From Lama glama (lineage: Eukaryota), in contig CM052817.1 of the NCBI GenBank assembly GCA_028534125.1, forward strand, positions 40,178,001 to 40,242,000: a DNA stretch of 64,000 bases, in the 5' to 3' direction. Every line of letters begins with the position of its first letter. Positions within the stretch are counted from its first letter, which is position 1. Under the pieces are notes generated by a model. That model worked only from the letters and a program-made list of their open reading frames with translations. It ran no database searches and was not told the DNA's origin. Position numbers and translations under genes: made by a program. Shown here one piece after another: positions 1 to 11,947 of the stretch.

Positions 1-729
1 AGATGTGAGGTGTTATATAGCCTTTTGACAAAACAATCTGGCCGCATCTATAAAACTAAAATACATGTACCCTTTGACCGGTGAGCCCAATTCTTCTAGC
101 TCATAGAAATAAAAGCATAATATATATAAAAAATCTTCTTATGCGTTCTTTGTAGAACTCAAGATCTGGCAACAAAATAGGAGAGTGAATGCCCAAATAA
201 AATGTGGCACAGCCATACCAGGGATTACTACCCAGCTGTTCAATAGAGTGAATTCAGCCCCTGCCAGGTGCCTTGGAGGGAGAGATTCCATGAAGTATAG
301 TGTGAGAAAAGGGAGATGCAGAAAAGTGGGTATCATTTACGTAAATGATTATGTAAAACAAACTAAGAAAAAGGAGACTTCTATATTTGTAAATTAACAT
401 ATATGTACATATATGTTAATTTACATATGTCTGTGTTTTTCATTAAATATACACATAGCTTAGATATTTTTACATGAAAGGACACACTGGTTTAATATAT
501 AACACTGAAGTGTTTGGGGAATCTGGAGAGGAGGTTTAGGAAGGAGGAGGTATCAGTAATAAAAAAACGTCTATGAAATCCCTTTAATGTGATATTGTGT
601 GTGTGTTTGCATACGTAGGAGGTTATCAGCATGCTAATGGTTGCTGATTGAGGTTGCTGGATTCTGAATGACTTTTATTTTTTAGTATTGTAATGTATCA
701 CTCATATTTTTTAATAAATAATACATTAT

Positions 730-1635
730 CGAGATTACAAGACCATAGAAAAAATCAACCAAACCAAAAGCTGGTTTTTTGAAAAAGTAAATAAAATCGA
801 CAAACCTCTGGCCAAACTCACAAAGAAGAAAAAAGAGAGAGCACAAATTAGCAAAATAAGAAAGGAAAATGGAGAAATTACAACAAACAAAATAGAAATA
901 CAGAATATCATACGAGAATACTATGAAAAACTATATGGAACCAAACTGGATAACCTAGAGGAGATGGACAAGTTTCTGGAAACATACTGTCCACCAAANN
1001 NNNNNNNNNNNNNNNNNNNNNNNNNNNNNNNNNNNNNNNNNNNNNNNNNNNNNNNNNNNNNNNNNNNNNNNNNNNNNNNNNNNNNNNNNNNNNNNNNNNN
1101 NNNNNNNNNNNNNNNNNNNNNNNNNNNNNNNNNNNNNNNNNNNNNNNNNNNNNNNNNNNNNNNNNNNNNNNNNNNNNNNNNNNNNNNNNNNNNNNNNNNN
1201 NNNNNNNNNNNNNNNNNNNNNNNNNNNNNNNNNNNNNNNNNNNNNNNNNNNNNNNNNNNNNNNNNNNNNNNNNNNNNNNNNNNNNNNNNNNNNNNNNNNN
1301 NNNNNNNNNNNNNNNNNNNNNNNNNNNNNNNNNNNNNNNNNNNNNNNNNNNNNNNNNNNNNNNNNNNNNNNNNNNNNNNNNNNNNNNNNNNNNNNNNNNN
1401 NNNNNNNNNNNNNNNNNNNNNNNNNNNNNNNNNNNNNNNNNNNNNNNNNNNNNNNNNNNNNNNNNNNNNNNNNNNNNNNNNNNNNNNNNNNNNNNNNNTG
1501 ATAAATCACAGAGAAAAAAATGTGACAATGAGTGTGTATATGTCCATGAATGACTGAAAAATTGTGCTGAACACTGGAATTTGACACAACATTGTAAAAT
1601 GATTATAAATCAAAAAATGTTAAAATAAATAAATA
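730..1635 (+). mobile_element. Young 5'-truncated LINE-1 insertion (ORF2 fragment, gap, 3' UTR, A-rich tail) in a LIN54 intron
   Basis: 730-998 reads without stops as L1 ORF2 ([37 protein letters not shown]...[21 protein letters not shown]). 1499-1635 is an L1-like 3' end with an (AAAT)n tail. Perfect 17-bp TSD AATAAATAATACATTAT at 713-729 and 1636-1652. Confidence 0.93.
999..1498. other. Assembly gap (500 N)
   Basis: Run of exactly 500 N. Confidence 0.99.
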
Positions 1636-1902
1636 AATAAATAATACATTATTTATATCAGGAGAAAAATCTGTGTAAGGGGCAAATTGATGTGGGAGGC
1701 CTCAGACAAACATTGTATACGGCCCAGGATGCCTGACCTGTCCACATGCATAGCTGGCCCCTTTGGTGTTTGTCAGCAAGAGATGCTTCCATTTTATCTT
1801 ATGTCAGCTGACTAGCTAATTCTATTATGTACTGATTTATAGTCTACTATACTGATGTCTTTTGGTTTTGACTTGTAAGCTTTGCTTGTGTAAATCTTTC
1901 AG

Positions 1903-2105
1903 GCAAAAATAATGTGTTCCTCAATATGCAAATGTATTGGCTGTAAGAATTTTGAAGAAAGCCCAGAAAGAAAGACATTGATGCACTTGGCAGACGCAGC
2001 CGAAGTAAGGGTACAGCAGCAAACGGCAGCAAAGACTAAGTTATCCTCTCAAATTTCAGACTTGCTTACTAGGCCAACACCAGCTTTGAATAGTGGAGGA
2101 GGAAA
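1903..2105 (+). CDS. LIN54: LIN54 (MuvB/DREAM DNA-binding subunit), penultimate coding exon, end of second CXC/CRC domain
   Basis: tttcAG acceptor at 1901-1902; [50 protein letters not shown]...; GTAAGT donor at 2106; phase joins the next exon (AA|A = K). Confidence 0.96.
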
Positions 2106-2549
2106 GTAAGTCAATATTTTAATATCTTTTTATAGTAAGATATATTCATTTTTGGTAAAGTTTCCTTTCTGGGGCAAAATTGAGCTCATACTTTGGGTTG
2201 TTGCAAACCTGACTTTTGCATTTTCTATCTTTAATTACTTGTAAAGGAATTGAAAAGTAAGAGAAAAACCACTGTCAGATGTACAGTTCTAAAATGCGCA
2301 GTGGTGCTTTGGGTCACTGTGCTTAATTTAATTGGCTGTTTCCCTGCTTAAATGAGATAATTATGTAATTTGACAAACCCTGAAGAAAACCAAAATTTTT
2401 ATACCACCAGGTTGTGTCTTATTCATATTTTTGCACATTCTTGCCTTCTCTTGCCTTTTCTGTGCCTTGTGGCGCTTGCTCCACCCTCTTGGAGCACCTC
2501 CTACACGCCGTGCTGTTGTAGCTCCGTACTTCCCTGGATTGCCGAGCTC

Positions 2550-2745
2550 CGGAGCAGGAGGCTGGGGCTTTACGGTCAGGCCAGCCTGAGTTCAGACACA
2601 GCCTGTGCTCTGTAATAGTCTGTGACTTTGACAAGCACCTCACCTCTCAGCCTCACCTCGGGTTTTCTTATTCTTCAAATCACCCTTACCACGTGGCTGT
2701 GAGGCGTAAAGCAAAGGACCAGTGCAACATAGTTTCCTGACTTGG
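2550..2745 (+). mobile_element. MIR SINE fragment
   Basis: Degenerate MIR core (gtcaggccagcctgagttcag...tgtgactttgacaagcacctcacctctcagcctca). Confidence 0.55.
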
Positions 2746-4204
2746 ATTTGTATTAGTTTGTTAGAGGTTAATTTGAGGAATTATCAAGTGGAGTGAGCCT
2801 TACAAATGGTATTTTATTTAAAATGCCTAAGTTGAAATAAGCTACAACTTATAAAATTTATAAAAGTAAGGCTTTTGTACAAAATATTTCAGACATTAGT
2901 TCTAAAGAACTCTTACAACTGGAATATAATCAGCAAAAGGTTCTTGACTGAATGAAGTGGAAGCGGGCAGACATCTTAATGAGGGGTATGATGGGGTCCT
3001 TCCTGGTCTCCTGCTTTCAATAAACCTTCAGAATATGAACTCATCTCCTTGTGGAGATTAAAGGTACTGCTAAACTAAAATATTTACAATCAATTTTTCA
3101 ACTTGGGAAAATGTTTGATATTATGAAGTGTGAAAGAGCACAAAATGATACATTATGGTCAAAACTAAGTTAAAAAAAATGTATAAAAAAAGTTCTACCA
3201 GCATGCTAACAAGTTTTTGAGTGGCAAAAATTTGAATTTTTTTTTTTACTTTCCTGTAGTTTCCAAATATAACATGTACTATTATTATACTGTATTACTT
3301 AATTATATTTTAATACCTTATTGTAATATTTTAATTTTATAATATTTTCTAATTTAAAGTCCTTTTTGTATTTTAAAGATTGCTATAAAACTGTAGCAGC
3401 CCAGATCCTTACCCTGTCTTGACATAGTGGACCTTAATTTCACTTGTTTTGTTTTGCAGTTTCTACCAGTGACTGCTCTTACAGGTTGTGGAGTTAGTGG
3501 TTAGATTAGGGACCCTGATTCTCTCTCTCATAGGCTTTAAGACTTAGCTACTTATAGCAAGCCTCAGGATGTATTGCTCTGTTAAGTACTGAATAGTTCA
3601 GGTCTTTATGAATGAAATTCCACATACAGAATAGCATTTGGTGACCCCATTGTTTTGTTTTGTTACCATGAAATAATGCACAAGTCTGGTGTGCTTTTTT
3701 GTTTTTTTACAAACACTATATGGGACTATGGGAGAGTGCTTTATTTTCTGTGTTGTTCAGGAGATGGTGCTTTCAAAGCCCAGTATTATTCATTCATTCA
3801 GCAGATACTCATGAAGTGTCTCTGTGTGTTGGGAACTATTCTAGGCAGTGAAGAAACAACAGTAAATGAAACAAAAATTATACTTGTAGAGTTTACATTC
3901 ATGAATTGGGAGGAAAAATCCAGTCAACATGCAGAATTACATCTTTCAGTTAACCAGATAACCTTGTCTAGATAGTAAGATATGTATTTTATATGAAATA
4001 TTGTATTTTAAAAATATACTCAATAATAAAACCAGATGTTACTTTTTAAAAGCTCTTTAGGATGTGCTTGCGTTTGTTGCAAAAACTGTGACGTTCGCTG
4101 TGCTTGGTGAATCATGAAAATGTCGACAAATCCCCAGGTGAAAGAGTGTCAGCACTGTTGTTGTTATTCACACCATCTCTCTCCTTTCTCAAAAATCATT
4201 TCAG

Positions 4205-4406
4205 ATTGCCGTTTACATTTGTAACTAAGGAAGTAGCTGAAGCCACGTGTAACTGCCTCCTTGCCCAGGCAGAGCAGGCAGACAAGAAGGGAAAATCAAA
4301 GGCAGCTGCTGAACGGATGATACTTGAGGAATTCGGACGATGTTTGATGAGCGTCATCAACTCTGCGGGAAAAGCAAAAAGTGACCCTTGTGCCATGAAC
4401 TGCTAA
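4205..4406 (+). CDS. LIN54: LIN54 last coding exon
   Basis: tttcAG acceptor at 4203-4204; [66 protein letters not shown] then TAA. Confidence 0.96.
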
Positions 4407-6530
4407 CTCTTGCACAAAGAATGGTGAATGGAAATGTACGGAAAATTGAAGGTGCAGGGACACTTGATTTTCTGGAAGATAGTTTAACAACTGTTGTATT
4501 GTTAATTCAGTCCCTCTGAGATCTGAAATTATAATATTGAAAGAGAAGAAATTTTAAATAAGGAAATTAGTACATTTGAAATCTTAAGTTAAATCTGCTT
4601 ATGCCCCTTCTAAATTGAATTTTTTCTTTATTGTATTATATAGATTATTAATTTGCTTGGGTTTCTTAAGAACTAGATGTTCTTTCCTTCTGATTCTATT
4701 GATAAAGAACATTTATAAATTGCTATAATTTATAGTGTATGGCGTTGTATGACTTTGTTCCAGTAGAAAAAGCCAAAGAAGCATTGGCATTACCCAGTCA
4801 TTATTTAGTACTAGATCTAGAAAATCAGCAGATAGAATGTCTACATGAACAGATTCTTACAAAAAATATTCAAGTGACATTTTGTGTTTACAAATGCACT
4901 ATCTTTTTAAGAAAAATCAACTTTTTAGAGGGCGGATTCTGGAGTAATACCCTGTTGCCACTTTGGGAATTGTCGGAAGAGGAAGTAATCTTCAGGCACA
5001 CTTTTAAGATAAAAAAAATTTTTTTTTTTAAAAAAACAAGTGAAGTGTTAAGGGACAGTAAATAATTCTCAAAGGACAGGCAATTTGTTTCCATAATAAG
5101 GAGTGACTAGGAAATGCTCTGGAATGTTTCCATTTTCTTTTGAGGAGGTGGTATGTATTTGAAATAATAAATTGTCAAAGTGATTACTGGGTACTATTAA
5201 AATGAAAGGCGCATATGAATAGAAGTAAACATATCTTTATTATGTAGTGATAAAGTAGAACCTCACATAATTACCAGGTGTAAAATTTGGCTTGGATGGA
5301 TAAATAAAGAATATTGAAGCTCACATGAATTTAGGGAAGGATTTTTGATCTATACAAACAGTTCTCTTTATAGGCTTTTGAACTAAGAGGTTTCAAAACA
5401 ATATATTATCTCTTACTTGATTTACTCAAATGGTCCTAACAAAGCTTTCAAAATTGTAGTGGGATTTCTTTTTATAAGGGAAGCTTAATATGGCATTATT
5501 TTTAGCCAGTGGTTTGGTAAGCTGAAGGTATGAGTGTTTTCATACAATTACTAAAATAATCTAAATCATTTTTGGTAATTCAGAATTCAAAAGCTTTATG
5601 AATTTAAGAGCCTGTTATAATAGGACTCTGGATTTTATGATGAGAAAAAACCATGTTGGAATTCAGGCATTTTGTTGGTTACCTTAATCCTCAGTAATTA
5701 TTAGTAAATGATTATTACATTTCCTACAAGGAATCTATAGTTGTATGTATTAAGTGTGTATATATGTTCATATGAACATGCAAGATATAGGCAATAGAAA
5801 TTAAGTAATCCAAAAGAAGATTCCGTTATTCATTATCTTCCTTTTGAAATTTGGATTTATACAATTATAGTGCAGTAACTTTAAATGTAGATAGTGCAAA
5901 CATTCTTAGCACCTCAACCTAGTATGTTTAATTAAAATTTGTATAAATGTAAATTAGTGTAAGAGGATAAAATAATATCTAATCAAGTTATTTTTCAAAA
6001 AAATTACCACACCTTTTTGGTCTAAATCTAAACTTTGTTCATTTTGTACATATTCTGTGTTTAATTCTAATTGCACCTTTGTGATGTGTATTTATATACA
6101 GTGTGCAGAAAATGTTTGTGAAATTTGGATTACAATTGTAGTTATGTATGATGGCATTGCTTGAGAATGTTTTGCTTGTAAAAATTTGAAGGTGCAATCA
6201 ATCAAATGCTACTAGTTTTTCTGATTTTCAAGAAGCTATCTAAAGTATTAAGCATTTTTCTTCCTGTGTAGTACTTACTAAACAACTTTTTGTATTTAGG
6301 CATTTGCATCAAATTGCTGAACAAGATTAATATCCACATTAATTCAACAATTTTAAAAGACTATTTGGGGAGGGTTGGGTTTATTATTTTTTAGCTCTAT
6401 TTACATCCCAAAGTAGAAAGATTAAATTTATATTTACTAGAGCTATTCAAAGAATACACTTTTCTATATTGTAAAAACAGGACAGCAGAGTAAATCATAC
6501 AAAAAATAAACATTTATACTATTCTGTAAA
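4407..6530 (+). other. LIN54: LIN54 3' UTR with candidate poly(A) signal AATAAA at 6505-6510
   Basis: AT-rich, apparently repeat-free stretch after the stop; AATAAA followed by a T-rich downstream tract. The 3' end is inferred. Confidence 0.6.
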
Positions 6531-7489
6531 AAAAGATTCTGCATTTTTTTCTTTAGTAACACTACTTTTAACCATTTAATATGCAAGAAACTTTTAAATA
6601 ATACCTGATTTTAAGTAAATTTGACATTACTTCTGAAAGCACACAACTAAAAAAGCTGTATCATTCTGCCCAGTTATTAACATAAATTGCTTTGAAATGA
6701 GAATATGTCTTCTCTTTTTTCTACTGTTTCTTCTAAAGGCAGAAACTCAGTCTACTCTTTCTTTTAATGTTTGGTATTTTTATGGTGAACACCTTTCTTT
6801 AAATTCCTTTTCTCTCAAGAACTAAAAGCAATCTATAGGTCTTATCTCTGGATTATATGGGAAACAGAAACATGTTACAGGTAATAAAGTAAGTGGAGCA
6901 GTGACTCTGGGGGAGACTGCTTTAGCTTCCCCATTCTTTGATCTGGACAACGGACGTTTTCTCAGTCTTATGTAAAATGTGAATAAAAACGCCATTAGAA
7001 AAGTTTTCTATTTTTATTGTTTTATAACACAAATAGCTAAGAAATGAATCCGTGTTATGTAAATACAGCTTTCAAACCAGAACCTCCAGCCCTACCTGTG
7101 GTCATATTGCATCCCTTAAGTATTTTATATAGGAATTCTGTAGCAGCAACCCAAAGGAGAGGGAAGCCAGTCAGCTAGAAAGCCTTTACTATTAAAATAA
7201 TGACTTAGAACTGTTTTTTTTCCTTGTTTGGACTTCTTTAACGCACATTTTGTCATTATCTATGGACTAAATGTGAGCTTTTTATGGTCCAAATGATTTT
7301 ATAAATTGTAAGATATAAAGGCTTTAATTAAAAAATTTTTTAGTTTAATGAGAGCATATAAGTCATTTTTAGTTTACTCAAAAGCAGTAAGAAAGTTTAA
7401 GTATCTTCAGGGTAACGTTTATTTTATAAGGCCACAGACTTTAACATAACTATAATTCATAATTATATTAGTAAATGAAATCTGACAAT

Positions 7490-9360
7490 AAATAAAAAGA
7501 ATACATCATGACCAGGTTGGGTTTATCTCAGAAATAAAGGTTCGCCCAACATTAAAAAAAAAAAAAAATCAATGTAGTTCAATGTATTGGCATACAAAAG
7601 AAAAACCATGTGATCACTGCAAAAACTGCAGAAAATAACCTTTTGAATATACCTACTAGATTGTATGCTTTAAAAGGGCAAATACTGTGGTACGTAAATT
7701 ATCTCAATTTTTTTTCTAAAAAAAGGTGCGGAAAAATCATTTGACGAAATTCAACACACCACTTATGATTAAAAAAAAAAACAAAAACAACTTCAGCAAA
7801 CTAGGAATAGAAGGGATCCTCAACCAAAAGAGCCTACAGCTAACCTCATATGAATGGTGAAGAATGAATGTTTCCCCTAAGATTGGGAACACAACACTTC
7901 TCCTGAACATTGTATTTAAGGGCACTGTACAATAAGGTCTTTTTATTAAAAAGGCCACAGATGAGAAATGAATAAATATGACAATATCTATTTGTGGATG
8001 ATGTGATTTCCTATATAGTAAAGTCAAAGGAGCTAGATAAAAAGGTACTAAGACTAATAAGTGAGTTTTACAAAGTATGCAAAAGTGTATTTCTACACAG
8101 TAGCAATGAACATTTAGAAACTAAAATTCTAAAATTACCATTTATAGTAGCATAAAACATGAAATGTAACAAAAGTACATACAAGATCTGTATGTGAAAT
8201 GCAGAAAACACTGATTAGAAAATCAAAGACAACCTTAAGAAAAAATACATATATATACACACATCATGTTCATGGATTGGAACATTCAATATTGAGATGT
8301 CATTTCTCCTCAAGTCTATAGATTCAACGTTAACTCCAGTCAAAATCTCAGCAGGGGGTTCTAAAATCAAGCTGATTGTAAAACTTATATGGAAAGGTGC
8401 AACTAGAATAGTCAAACATTTTTGAAAAAAGAACAAAGTTGAGGACTCCTTCCTGACTTCAAGTCTTATATAAGGCTAGTCAAGATAGTGTGGTATTGGT
8501 GAAAGACCCACAGGTCAAGGAAACAGAGCCCAGAAATAGATTCATATATATGTGATCAGTTTTTGGCAAGGGTTCATAGGTAATTCACTAGAAAACAATA
8601 GTCCTTTTAACAAATGGTGCTAGGATACCCATATGTAAAAAAATATGAACTTACAGTACACACCAAAATTAACCAAAAATGGATCATAACCTAAATGCAA
8701 AACCTAAAACTGCAAAATATCAACAAGAAAACATAGGAAAAATCTCTGTGATCTTGCGTTATACAAAGATTTCTTAGACATTAAAGTAAGAAGTATGAGC
8801 CCTACAGAAAAAAAATTAGTATATTGGACTTATCAAAATTAATGTCTGCTATTCAAAACACTAAAAAAGTAAAAGCTACATTATCTTTAAAAACTGAATG
8901 TTGTACACTTTTAACATATAATACTGTACATCAGTGATACCTCGGTAAAATAAAAGCCACAGACTGGGAGAAAATATTTGCAAAGCACATCTGATAATGC
9001 ACTTCTCTGGATAGAATATACAACAATAAGAAAACAACCAACCTTCCAAAATACAGGCAAAAGACTTGAACAGACATTTCACCTAAGATTATGTGAACAG
9101 CAAATAAGCCTATGAAAAGATGTTCAGCATCATTAGTCACTAGAAAAATGGAAATGAAAGCCACAATAAAATATCACTGTACACTCATTAGAATGGCTAA
9201 TTAAAAACGAAACCCTGACAATACCAAGTACTCGGAAGGAAGCAGAGGAACTGGAACTTTTCCTACATTCCTGGTTGAAGTACAACATGGTGCATCACTT
9301 TGCAAAAAAAACCACTTAGGGCAGTTTGTTATAAAGTAAAACACACGTCGCATGTGACCC
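7490..9360 (+). mobile_element. Old LINE-1 (L1M-type) ORF2 3' half, fragmented
   Basis: Typical L1 motifs (catgaccaggttgggtttatc, catgttcatggattggaa, aacaaagttgaggact, gtgtggtattgg, gacttgaacagacatttcacc) with many stops. Boundaries approximate. Confidence 0.85.
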
Positions 9361-9369
9361 ACTGTATGG

Positions 9370-10130
9370 ATTCAACATTTATTATTTATCCACTTATCAG
9401 CTAGACATTTAGGCTTTTTCACGTTTTAGCTATTATAATGCTGCTATGAAATCTGTGCACATTTCATTTGGATATATGCCCTGTCAGCAGAATTGCTGAG
9501 TCATATGGTAATTCTATGTTTAACCTTTTGAAGGACTGCCACGCTGCTTTCCAAAGTATGTGCATTCCCACCAACACTGTATGAGGGTTCCAACTTCTCC
9601 ACATTCTTGCCAACACTTGTTATGTCTTTTTTTATTATAGCCATCCTGGTGGGTGTGAAGTGTATCTCGTGGTTTTGATTTGCATTTCCCAGACAGCTAA
9701 TGATGTTGAGCACATATTCATGTATTTATAGGCCATTTGTATATTTCCTTTGAAGAATGTCTGTTCATAATTTTTTAATCCATTTAAAAAACTGGATTAT
9801 TTTCCTTTGTTATTGAGTTATAGGAGTTCTCTGTATATTCTGGATGCAAGGCCTTTATCAGATACATGATTTGCAAAAATTTTCTACAGGCTGTGTTTCA
9901 CTTCCACGATGGTAGAAGCACAAGTTTTTAATTTTGATGAAATGCAATTTATTTTGTGTACCTTATGCTCTTGGTGTCATATCTAAGAAACTATTGCCTA
10001 ATCCAAGTTTCAAAGATTTACTCTCTTTTATTCTGAGTTCTACAGTTTTACCTCTTACATTGAAGTCTTTGTTCCATTTCGAGTTAATACTTTTGCATGT
10101 GCACATCTGGCTATTCCAGCACTATTTGCT
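9370..10130 (-). mobile_element. Old LINE-1 3' region, inverted relative to its neighbour
   Basis: gtcatatggtaattctatgtttaacctttt, gtggttttgatttgcatttcc and ggccatttgtatatttc are reverse-strand L1 3' motifs. Confidence 0.85.
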
Positions 10131-10229
10131 GAAAGTAGGAAGGATAAATTTCTGAAAGAAATGTTCGTTTTCTCCAGAGGAAATAAAGAACAAGGGTGCT
10201 GGGTAGAAGTTGTAAACTAAATCACCCTA

Positions 10230-11947
10230 ATTAAATATGAACAAATAATTTATTTTAAAAATTTCACTGTCATATCATCATATCAAGTAAATCTCACATC
10301 AGACTTGGAATACTTTCATTAGGACAAGAGCAATTAACTGTGCTAATGGCAGTGATGAGAAGATTCTTGTCTTCAATGTTTGTCCAATTTATCCAGCACT
10401 TAAATAATGCAAAACACTATTTTAACAAATTATAGAATATATAGTACATTAGTCAAATGTAACAGCAAAGAACATAAGACACTACAGATATGAATCCAGG
10501 TTTAAGTAAAGATCAAGTATAAAACTTGGATTTATATAAGCAGTAAGTCAGAGGTGGTGATTTATGAACAGGCTTCCTTTGAGATTCATCCTGGTGCATC
10601 TAAACTCATTCTGTTGCAAACAAAACTAAAACCACACTATTTAAACTTCTCAGCAATAGCCCTTATATAAAATGTAGAAGAGTACAGCTCTGGTTACACT
10701 TCAAAACTTAAGCCTTTGAGGTAGAACAAGCAAAAATATATCAAAATATCCTATTTAAGAAGAATTTCAATTAATAAAAACTTTTAGCTCATCATTAATC
10801 TTTTACAACTCTAAGTTTCCATCTTAACTATACTTTATGAACATTCACGCAGTAACAATAAGTACATTTTTACATACACAGGTGAATAATGTGCTATTAA
10901 TTCTTTTGTCCATTAAAATACTCCAATTTGTGAAAGTTCATATACCTACATGGTTTTCTATTTATCTTTTCAAATCTGGGTGTGAGAGAACGAAGAAAAT
11001 TGTCCTCGGTATTAGTCTCCATCTTCCGATTATTTAAGCTTCTGCTAAATTTCTGAAAAAATTCATTATGTAATTAAGACAAATTTTCTCATACTCATTG
11101 TCTCAACTGATCATTTTTTCCAATTGTATTAATCACATGCTACGAAATGCCATTATTCAACACTGAAAGTATGTTTCATTATTTTAGCCTCCCTGCAAAC
11201 ACAAGTGGACTTCAGAAGTTGAAGTAAAGGCTTCTTCTCATTCTCTGATGAGCACTGGGTTCCTCCAATAGGAGTCAAGAAAGTATCCATTCTATCATTC
11301 AAAAGTGGTACCTTGAAGTCCAGGGACAATGGATTGTGAAAATGGTATCACCCATGAAGTCCCCAGCATTCCCCAGCTCAGTTGCAGCACAAAACCACCT
11401 CATGGCTCACGTGTTTACCTTCTGCCTGATAAAGCGTAATTATTTCCATTTCAGGGTACCCCAGCAAATGGATTTTTGTGGTGTTTGATGTTTAATTCAG
11501 TCTAATTTTCAAATCGTATCTTGATTTTCATGTGTAACTAAGGATTATGTTCAAGGTTTGATAGGTATCCTGTTAATATTCTTAAGAGCTGTGAACAAAT
11601 GCTCTTTTAGGTAATTTTTATAAAAGGACTCAATGTTTTGGTGGCTCCTCGTTGTCATTCTCTCATTTTTAAAGTATGTCCAGTCAAATTACTCAGTCAT
11701 ATAGTAGTAAATTCAAAGACAGCACCTGTTGGCTGGTCTGTTCCTACTGACTTACTGCTTTCTATATTTTGGGTAACTGAAACGCTGCAAGCCTTACCGA
11801 AGTCCAAGCAGATGTGGTAATGTGCATAATAGATATTCCAGTAAAACAGAACTGCAAACTTGTCCACTGTGCAGAATGGTCAATTTGTAAAATATGGTAA
11901 GTTGAACATTAAAATAAATGTTGACTACTTATTTCTAATAAGAATTT
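10230..11947 (-). other. THAP9: THAP9 3' UTR, candidate AATAAA (minus strand) at 10249-10254
   Basis: Unique sequence between the stop and the L1 block; tttatt on the + strand. Extent is inferred. Confidence 0.4.

Noticed and set aside
908..1587. ~200-aa ORFs in the track spanning the gap
   Set aside because: Artefacts of translating through N; only the L1 ORF2 flank is real.
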